From the NCBI GenBank assembly GCA_947085185.1, contig CAMTVK010000019.1, positions 21,470 to 85,469 on the forward strand: a stretch of DNA of 64,000 nucleotides. The letters are read 5' to 3'. This document shows, one piece after another, positions 57,091-64,000 of the stretch; the first letter of the stretch is position 1; each line of letters opens with the position of its first letter. The translations under genes and the position numbers were made by a program. The DNA comes from Candidatus Fraserbacteria bacterium. Its GTDB lineage: Bacteria; Bipolaricaulota; Bipolaricaulia; RBG-16-55-9; DRXL01. The notes beneath the pieces were generated by a model, which saw only the letters and a program-made list of their open reading frames with translations, made no database searches and was not told the DNA's origin.

Positions 57091-57348
57091 TTAGCGTCGT
57101 TCCTCTTTGATCATATCGGAGAGTGGCTGGCCCTGAACGAGGATCAGCCGGAAACTCGTTATCGCGCCAGCTTCCTGGGGAGCGAGCAGTCCCCGAGCCT
57201 GCAGACGCTCGAGGGCCAGGGCCAGGCAGGCGCGCTCGACCTCTTGCTCAAACTGCGCAATAAGTTGAGGGACGGTCAGCCCTCGAGCTTTAGCTTGCTC
57301 CACCAGCCGTGCGTAGATCTCATCAGGCAGATCAATCGTCTTGCTCAT
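57091..57348 (-). CDS. Putative antitoxin (RHH-like)
   Basis: KTIDLPDEIY..L..QA..RG; C-terminal GQPLSDMIKEERR; abuts vapC. Confidence 0.75.
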   Translation of the reverse strand: MSKTIDLPDEIYARLVEQAKARGLTVPQLIAQFEQEVERACLALALERLQARGLLAPQEAGAITSFRLILVQGQPLSDMIKEERR

Positions 57349-57463
57349 CTTTTCTATCTTGACCTCGAAACCTTTTCTCCTTACAATCTCATCCAACTCC
57401 ATCTTCGACCTCATTTTATACACCCTACCCCTGCCTGGCAAGCCCTCGCAGCAAAGAGAACCA

Positions 57464-58486
57464 TCATTGATCATAAGCGCGATAGCGCTGCAACACCCCA
57501 GGCACGAGATAGTCCTCAAAGGCGCGCTTCAGATCATATATAGGGTTCCAGCCCCAATCAGCCCGCGCCGCAGAATCGTCCACATCGGCGGGCCAGCTGT
57601 CCACGATCTTCTGGCGCTTGAGATCGGGCGCAAACGTCACCTGGGATTTGGGGAATGCGTGCTGCACCAGCTCGGAGAACTCTCCAGCTGAGGGATTGAA
57701 CGCCGTGACGTTATAGACGTGTCTAGAGAGCTGCTGGCGCGGTGCTGCTTCTAGCTGTAAGAGCGCTGCGATAGCATCGGGCATAGCCATAAATGGGATA
57801 CGCGTGTCGGCGCGCACAAAACACGGATATGGTTTCCCTTGAGCGGCAGCGTGAAGCATCTCCGGGGCGTAGTCGCTCGTGCCGCCCGTGGGGACGGTCA
57901 CTGCACTGATCAAACCGGGAAAGCGCAGCGCACGAAAATCAATGTGTCCATGCGTCGTCTCAGCGTCGAGCTGACGGTAATACTGAGCGTAATACATACC
58001 AAGCTGCTCGCAGTAGAGCTTATTGATGCCGTACATCGTTCGTGGGGTGAGCCACTCGTGCTCTTTGACTTTTCCGGCGCGCGCTTTGGTCTTGAGATCA
58101 GGGAGTCCATAGACGGCGATCGAGCTGGGATATAAAAATTTGATCTCGCGCCCCTGGAGCCGAGACTGCCCCACGGCCATCTCCAAGAGATTGAGCGTGC
58201 CGTCTACGTTGACTCTATGCGCTAAGACGGGCTGGCGCTCGGCCTTCGTCGAGAGCAACGCTGCCAAGTGATAGATCGTGTCGAAGTTATACGCCGCCGA
58301 CAGGCTCTCTAAGAGCGCTGTATCTAAGATATCTCCGGTGACGGCGCGAGAGACTTTGGGCTTGAGCGTTTCATCGAGTTCGTGGAGATCGAGCGCGACG
58401 ATGCGCACGTCACTATGCTCGGCCAAGCGCTCGATCAAACCGTGGCCGATCTCCCCGTTGGCGCCGGTGACTAAGATCGTCTTCAT
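57464..58486 (-). CDS. NAD-dependent epimerase/dehydratase (SDR-type L-threonine 3-dehydrogenase-like)
   Basis: TGANGEIG, YHLAALLS, YGINK, PTGGTSDY, DSWP. Confidence 0.85.
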   Translation of the reverse strand: MKTILVTGANGEIGHGLIERLAEHSDVRIVALDLHELDETLKPKVSRAVTGDILDTALLESLSAAYNFDTIYHLAALLSTKAERQPVLAHRVNVDGTLNLLEMAVGQSRLQGREIKFLYPSSIAVYGLPDLKTKARAGKVKEHEWLTPRTMYGINKLYCEQLGMYYAQYYRQLDAETTHGHIDFRALRFPGLISAVTVPTGGTSDYAPEMLHAAAQGKPYPCFVRADTRIPFMAMPDAIAALLQLEAAPRQQLSRHVYNVTAFNPSAGEFSELVQHAFPKSQVTFAPDLKRQKIVDSWPADVDDSAARADWGWNPIYDLKRAFEDYLVPGVLQRYRAYDQ

Positions 58487-58503
58487 AGTTCTTCTTGTAC
58501 GGG

Positions 58504-58647
58504 TTATACCCAAGTAGCCTCCATTGCCCCAATCTCTTGCAGGAGCGCCTTGGCGGACTTCATGCCTGGCCAGGGCTCCCAGGTGAACTCCTCCGGCTTG
58601 ATCCCCTTGGCCGTATCAAGCAGCTCTTGACGAATCTCATCGAGTTC
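58504..58647 (-). pseudogene. DinB-like gene fragment
   Basis: 47 codons ELDEIRQELLDTAKGIKPEEFTWEPWPGMKSAKALLQEIGAMEATWV* after AAGGAGG, with no start codon at the expected position. Confidence 0.45.
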
Positions 58648-58669
58648 GGTGTTGCCTCCTTGTGTTTTG

Positions 58670-58730
58670 AAATAGAAGAGGGCAAGCGCTGGTCAAGGCT
58701 CCCCCTCCTTTCAGAGCGCTCACCCTCTTC
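58670..58730 (-). terminator. Stem-loop after recA, probable terminator
   Basis: GAAGAGGGTGAGCGCT...AGCGCTTGCCCTCTTC 16-bp stem with G-U pairs, then TATTT. Confidence 0.55.
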
Positions 58731-58747
58731 GTGTGCTGCTTCATTGC

Positions 58748-59896
58748 TTATGCTTGGCCCTCAGCGCCGTTGACCGACTCCACAGGTGCCGCTGCGGCCG
58801 TGGTGGTCTTGCGCGGTCCTCGACGGGGCAGCTTCTCCGGCTCGCTGAGCAAACTCTTCTCGTCAGAGGGCTGTGCTGCATGCTCGCCTTCTCTTGGCTT
58901 TGCAGAAGCACCGTTCAAGCCAGCTTTCTCCCGGATCGCGTTCTCTAGCTGCTGCGCGATCTCTTTGTTGGACTCCAAAAACGCCGCGGCGTTAGCCATC
59001 CCTTGCCCTAAGCGAACTTCCCCAAAATTAAACCAAGAACCGCTCTTCTTCACCACGCCCAATTGTTCTCCGGTCTTGATGAGCTCGCGCTCGTATGCGA
59101 TCCCCTTGCCGTAGATGATATCGAACTTGGCTTCTTTGAAGGGCGGGGCTAACTTGTTCTTGACGACCTTGACGACCGTCTCGCTGCCCACGCGGCTGTC
59201 GCCCTCTTCAATGCTCCCCAAACGCTTGATCTCCAAGCGCTGCGACGCATAGAATTTGAGAGCTAAGCCGCCCGTGGTGGTCGTCGTCGGCCCCCAGCTT
59301 GTCCCCGAGATCGTCTGGCGGATCTGATTGATAAAGACGACGGTCGTCTTCGATTGCGCAATCGAAGACGCGAGCTTTCTCATGGCTTGGCTCATCAAGC
59401 GCGCTTGCAAGCCCACTTGGGCATCGCCCATCGCCCCGGCGATCTCCGCTTCGGGGACGAGCGCTGCGACCGAATCGACGACAATAATATCTACAGCCCC
59501 GCTGCGCACCAGCGCGTCCATGATCTCCAGCGCTTGCTCGCCGGAGTTGGGCTGGCTCAGCAAAAGAGCATCTAGGTTCACGCCAATCGCTTTGGCATAG
59601 TTGGGATCGAGGGCATGCTCAGCATCAATGAACGCGGCTGTGCCCCCGCGCTTCTGCGCCTGGGCGATGAGATGTAACGCTAACGTCGTCTTTCCCGAAG
59701 ATTCCGGCCCGAAGATCTCGACGATCCTCCCGCGAGGGACGCCGCCAATCCCAAGCGCGACGTCGAGCGCCAGCGAGCCCGTGGGGATCGTCTCGACCTG
59801 GAGATTGGCCCGCTCCCCTAGCCACATGATCGCACCTTCGCCGTACTTCTTGCGCAGCCCGTCCACCACACTGTTGAGCACTTCTTGCTTGCCCAT
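58748..59896 (-). CDS. recA: Recombinase A
   Basis: [40 protein letters not shown]. Confidence 0.98.
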   Translation of the reverse strand: MGKQEVLNSVVDGLRKKYGEGAIMWLGERANLQVETIPTGSLALDVALGIGGVPRGRIVEIFGPESSGKTTLALHLIAQAQKRGGTAAFIDAEHALDPNYAKAIGVNLDALLLSQPNSGEQALEIMDALVRSGAVDIIVVDSVAALVPEAEIAGAMGDAQVGLQARLMSQAMRKLASSIAQSKTTVVFINQIRQTISGTSWGPTTTTTGGLALKFYASQRLEIKRLGSIEEGDSRVGSETVVKVVKNKLAPPFKEAKFDIIYGKGIAYERELIKTGEQLGVVKKSGSWFNFGEVRLGQGMANAAAFLESNKEIAQQLENAIREKAGLNGASAKPREGEHAAQPSDEKSLLSEPEKLPRRGPRKTTTAAAAPVESVNGAEGQA

Positions 59897-59916
59897 CGCA
59901 CTACCCCCTTTGTAGG

Positions 59917-60552
59917 TTATTGATTGAGAAATCTCTGGATCTCTCTGATGTTGCGCTTCACTTGGCGCAGCACCCCCACGACCCGACCGACGATCTGCCC
60001 CTCGCCTAGCGGGGTTGGGGCATAGCTGGAGTTGGCCGGGACGAGGGTGGGCTTCCCGTCAATCACCGCGAAGAATTTCACGGTCGCTTCATCGTCCTTG
60101 AGGGCGACGACGATCTCGCCCGGCTCGGCGCAGGAGCGCGGCTGGACGATCACTAAATCGCCCGCAAAGATTCCAGCTCCGATCATGCTATCCCCTTGGA
60201 CCCGCAGCGCGAAAGGACGCTCATCTTTTCCGAACAAGACATCGAAGTCTATCGTGCCCTGAATGTCCTCTATAGCAGGGATAGGCCGTCCCGCAGCGAT
60301 GTGCCCGACGATGGGAATCCCCCGACGGGGCACGCGTTCACGGACCAACTCTATCCCCCGCGACTTTCCCGCGAGACGTCGAATGAACCCCTTCTTCTCT
60401 AGAGCATCCAGATGGGTCTGGACGCTGCGCACCGACTGGAACCCAAATTCCTCGGCGATCTCCCGGAGGGTGGGGGGCAGCCCCCGCTCCGAGATCCGCT
60501 CCACAATGAACTGGAAAATCTGGTGCTGCTTTTCTGTCAGTTCCGTCCTCAT
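59917..60552 (-). CDS. lexA: SOS repressor LexA
   Basis: PPTLREI HTH, IAAG cleavage site, GDSM, ATVK. Confidence 0.95.
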   Translation of the reverse strand: MRTELTEKQHQIFQFIVERISERGLPPTLREIAEEFGFQSVRSVQTHLDALEKKGFIRRLAGKSRGIELVRERVPRRGIPIVGHIAAGRPIPAIEDIQGTIDFDVLFGKDERPFALRVQGDSMIGAGIFAGDLVIVQPRSCAEPGEIVVALKDDEATVKFFAVIDGKPTLVPANSSYAPTPLGEGQIVGRVVGVLRQVKRNIREIQRFLNQ

Positions 60553-60562
60553 AGCAGTCAAA

Positions 60563-60591
60563 AGTATAGCATAACTTTGTATGCCTGTCAA
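60563..60591 (-). promoter_or_regulatory. lexA-recA promoter
   Basis: TTGACA-17 nt-TATACT; spacer contains GCATA-N6-TATGC. Confidence 0.8.
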
Positions 60592-60605
60592 GTGGGCAGA
60601 GTTAG

Positions 60606-60650
60606 TGTGCCAAGAGATCGTTACCATAAAGATGCCGCTGACCCATTACA
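60606..60650 (+). mobile_element. Minimal relic made of the fused ends of the IS481-like element
   Basis: 60606-60626 is 20/21 identical to 8482-8502; 60639-60651 is identical to 8650-8662. Confidence 0.6.
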
Positions 60651-62010
60651 AGGCGCGCACGTGCGGCCACCGCCACCACACGAATATCCCAAATCCCAGA
60701 CAGATCAAAGCGCTCAGCGACAGGGCCATCGGTGCGCTAAGCTTCTCGGCTAAAGCCCCAAGCTGCAGACTCCCAAAGGGCAGCATCCCCATGAACATTA
60801 ACGTATAAAGACCGAGAATCCGTCCGCGCAGCTCCCCAGGGACGATCGTCTGCAAGAGCGTGTTCGTGAGCGCGTTCTGGGTGATCAGCCCCCAGCCAAA
60901 ACCCGCAAGGGCCAGCAACGACACGGGAAAGACTCTCGAGTTGGCAAAGATCAAGAGCATCACGGGGAAGACAAAGTTTCCCACGGTGAGCAAAGCCCCT
61001 TTGCGCTGGTAGTTCCCCAGCGACGCCAGCACGAGCGCCCCCACGAGCGCTCCGACCCCCACGGCCGTCATTAAGAACCCATAGCCCTGCGGACCGACCT
61101 TGAGGATCTCCGCGGCGTAGAGGGGCATGAGCGTCATATATGAAAATCCGAAGATGCTCGAGACCCCCAACAGGCTGAGCAGTGCCAGAACTCTCGTGTC
61201 GCCTCGCGCGTAGTTGAGTCCGACCCACAGGCTCCTCCAGACCGATTCGTTATGATGAGCCGGGGCGCCCTGATGGCGCTCCATAAGCAGCAGCCCCACG
61301 ATGACCCCCAGATACGACAGGGCATTGATGGCAAAACAGATCCCCACGGCGATGCGCATGGCCGTGTCGGCGTCTATAGACAACGCGGTACCAAGCCAAG
61401 CGCTGAGCGTTCCCAAAAGTGTTCCGGCGATGGCCGGGCCGACGATGCGTGTGCCGTTGAACGCCGTAGAGTTGAGAGCGATCGCGTTCATCAGGTCTTC
61501 TTTGGCAACGAGTTCATGGATGAGGGACTGTCGTGCGGGGGTATCGAAGGCGTTGATGGTTCCCAGCAAGAATGCCAAGGCGATGACGTGCCAGACCTGG
61601 ACGAGGCCGGTGAGGGTGAGTAGGGCAAGGAGAGTTGCTTGGAGGAGTGCGGCGCTTTGGGTGCAGAGTACTAAGCGTTGGCGGTCGAAGCGATCGGCGG
61701 TGACGCCGCCGACCAGGGTGAAGAGCAAGACTGGTAGGAACTGGGAGAAGCTGACGACGCCCAGGCCGAGTGCCGATTTTGTCAAGAGATAGACGAGCCA
61801 GCCTTGGGCGATGGACTGCATCCAGGTTCCGGTGAGGGAGACGAGCTGGCCGGTCCAGAAGAGCCGATAATTTCTATGTTTGAGGGCGCTGAAGGTCTTA
61901 GCCAATCGAGCGCCGGCGAGTCCTGGGACGTGGACGCTATTGGCGGGGACGACTGGGGTGTGTTGGTTTTGTGGTTCTGTGGATTGGTCTTTGGTAGCTT
62001 GGGTGCTCAC
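60646..62010 (-). CDS. MFS transporter (MFS_3/EntS-like)
   Basis: NYRLFWTGQLVS..GTWMQ, GGVTADRFDR, FDTPARQS, LRGRI; GTG start 6 nt after TATAAT. Confidence 0.92.
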   Translation of the reverse strand: MSTQATKDQSTEPQNQHTPVVPANSVHVPGLAGARLAKTFSALKHRNYRLFWTGQLVSLTGTWMQSIAQGWLVYLLTKSALGLGVVSFSQFLPVLLFTLVGGVTADRFDRQRLVLCTQSAALLQATLLALLTLTGLVQVWHVIALAFLLGTINAFDTPARQSLIHELVAKEDLMNAIALNSTAFNGTRIVGPAIAGTLLGTLSAWLGTALSIDADTAMRIAVGICFAINALSYLGVIVGLLLMERHQGAPAHHNESVWRSLWVGLNYARGDTRVLALLSLLGVSSIFGFSYMTLMPLYAAEILKVGPQGYGFLMTAVGVGALVGALVLASLGNYQRKGALLTVGNFVFPVMLLIFANSRVFPVSLLALAGFGWGLITQNALTNTLLQTIVPGELRGRILGLYTLMFMGMLPFGSLQLGALAEKLSAPMALSLSALICLGFGIFVWWRWPHVRAL

Positions 62011-62048
62011 GGGGGAATTATAGCGTGCCGGCCTTGTGTTTGCAATCT

Positions 62049-63817
62049 GTTTCAATACCACACTGGTCCAATTAAAAGGATACTAGTGTACGTGCGAGTG
62101 AAAGACGACTCAAGGAGGTTTCAATACCACACTGGTCCAATTAAAAGCGGATGGCGCAGGCCCAAGGGGGAAAGGGCTTCGTGTTTCAATACCACACTGG
62201 TCCAATTAAAAGTTGGCTGTATAGTTTTGCGTAGTGTTTAGAGAGCTAGTTTCAATACCACACTGGTCCAATTAAAAGTCAAATACGAGCGGGAATTTGC
62301 CCGCGCGCTCAAGGGTTTCAATACCACACTGGTCCAATTAAAAGAAATATCCTCAAGAACCTTCCGTTCGTGTCCCATCCCAGTTTCAATACCACACTGG
62401 TCCAATTAAAAGTAACGCCAGCGCTCTTCACTTTTCAAAGATTATGACGCGCTGTTTCAATACCACACTGGTCCAATTAAAAGTCATGACATTCATCATG
62501 ACATTCAACAGATCATTGCGTTTCAATACCACACTGGTCCAATTAAAAGAGGCTTATGAAGATGATCTCCTCAATGATGAAGATGGTTTCAATACCACAC
62601 TGGTCCAATTAAAAGGCGTTTCGTTGATCTTTGGTGCTGAGGGCTTCTATGCGTTTCAATACCACACTGGTCCAATTAAAAGACGGTCAAGCCGCCCAAG
62701 AGTTTCAATACCACACTGGTCCAATTAAAAGTATATCCTCACTCACAAGGACATTGCAATAAGCACCGGTTTCAATACCACACTGGTCCAATTAAAAGTA
62801 GAATGGGATGGTGAAAAAATGTTCGCCATTCAGAGTAGGTTTCAATACCACACTGGTCCAATTAAAAGTGGAGCGCTCACGTGTGCTGCAGCTTGTGCAG
62901 CTCGTTTCAATACCACACTGGTCCAATTAAAAGAGAATGACGGAGCGGATATATGGGGTTGAGGTCTTAAGGTTTCAATACCACACTGGTCCAATTAAAA
63001 GGCATCAAGGGTGTGAGGAAGGGGAGGGGGTAATTCTTGTGGTTTCAATACCACACTGGTCCAATTAAAAGTTGACCAAGCGCTTGATTTTCTTGCTTGC
63101 ATCAGTAGCGTCACTGCGTTTCAATACCACACTGGTCCAATTAAAAGGGCGCAATAAGCCGTTCCTGATATTCGGTTTTTATTCGTTTCAATACCACACT
63201 GGTCCAATTAAAAGGCCCGTATTGCGGGGGGGCTCTTTACTGTAGAGCGTGGTTTCAATACCACACTGGTCCAATTAAAAGTGTCAGACCCTTGCAGCGA
63301 CCTGAACCAAGTTTTCTGGTTTCAATACCACACTGGTCCAATTAAAAGTCAGTACTCACTGGGGCAGTCTGGAATGACTGCCCGTTTCAATACCACACTG
63401 GTCCAATTAAAAGGCCTCTTGCCCGCCCTTGCCTTGCCCTTGACGCCGTAGGTTTCAATACCACACTGGTCCAATTAAAAGGCGTGGAAAAGACGTATTT
63501 CCTAGTGCGTTTTACGGAGTTTCAATACCACACTGGTCCAATTAAAAGACTGGCCAGATTGTAGATGCAGAGCCTAACCGTATAGAGTTTCAATACCACA
63601 CTGGTCCAATTAAAAGCGTAGCGGCTCACCCCGACCAGCTCCCAGTCAGGCTCGTTTCAATACCACACTGGTCCAATTAAAAGCGTGAACGCGCACGAGG
63701 ACGTAAGGGCGCCAAGGGGTTTCAATACCACACTGGTCCAATTAAAAGCTGGCGCCTCCTCACCTACGGACATGGCTAAGACAACCAGTTTCAATACCAC
63801 ACTGGTCCAATTAAAAG
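62049..63817 (-). CRISPR. CRISPR array: 27 identical 30-bp repeats and 26 spacers (class 1, I-B/III-like repeat)
   Basis: Repeat GTTTCAATACCACACTGGTCCAATTAAAAG (minus strand ends ATTGAAAC); spacers mostly 35-41 nt. Confidence 0.98.
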
Positions 63818-64000
63818 GCGAGGCGCGCGACGACTGCTGGGCCTCTTGGGAAGATAAGGCAAATGCCGTGCCATTCTGCTCCACAACCCCATCGGCCTCA
63901 TCCCCCAAAGAGGCCCATTGCCCTGGGTGTGTGCCGTCCCATCGTCGTCGCCCGCCGGTCCTGCACAACCCCCAGGACCTCGACGACTTTCGTGCTTCCG
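63818..64000 (-). promoter_or_regulatory. Probable CRISPR leader
   Basis: Apparently non-coding flank on the 5' side of the ATTGAAAC-terminated orientation. Confidence 0.45.

Noticed and set aside
58705..58717. 13-nt match (CTCTGAAAGGAGG) between the post-recA hairpin loop and the leader at 29853
   Set aside because: Short and dominated by an SD-like sequence; no further similarity
62444..62728. ORFs with repeated FNTTLVQLK or FQYHTGPIK peptides
   Set aside because: Translations of the CRISPR repeat

Overview
A 64-kb, GC-rich bacterial chromosomal segment. Gene content and protein style suggest a diderm lineage such as Candidatus Bipolaricaulota/Acetothermia, which is an inference only. Housekeeping content includes the 3' part of a proteasomal ARC/Mpa ATPase, hutU, a partial dcw cluster (ftsW-murG-murC-murB-ftsQ-ftsA-ftsZ), lspA-tmk-dnaN, mutS2, infC-rpmI-rplT, smpB, three tRNAs, lexA-recA, two PIN toxin-antitoxin pairs and several ABC transporter parts. 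The window ends in a 27-repeat CRISPR array with no cas genes in view. Three regions stand out. (1) At 46.8-55.8 kb an operon encodes a subtilase with a type IX secretion (T9SS)-type C-terminal sorting domain, a PorV-like barrel, a compact SprA-like translocon and a MacB-type ABC transporter, which looks like a minimal T9SS-like system with no PorKLMN motor in view. (2) At 29.8-36.1 kb a chaperone-usher-like locus carries two c-di-GMP control elements: a c-di-GMP-I riboswitch whose P1 stem covers the RBS, and a small ribbon-helix-helix/MshEN fusion regulator. (3) Three internally deleted IS481-family relics are present; two flank a two-gene secreted cargo (a Cys-rich protein with an N-terminal sorting-like domain plus a zincin) and one is reduced to about 45 bp. 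All family calls come from motifs recognised by eye; no database searches were run.
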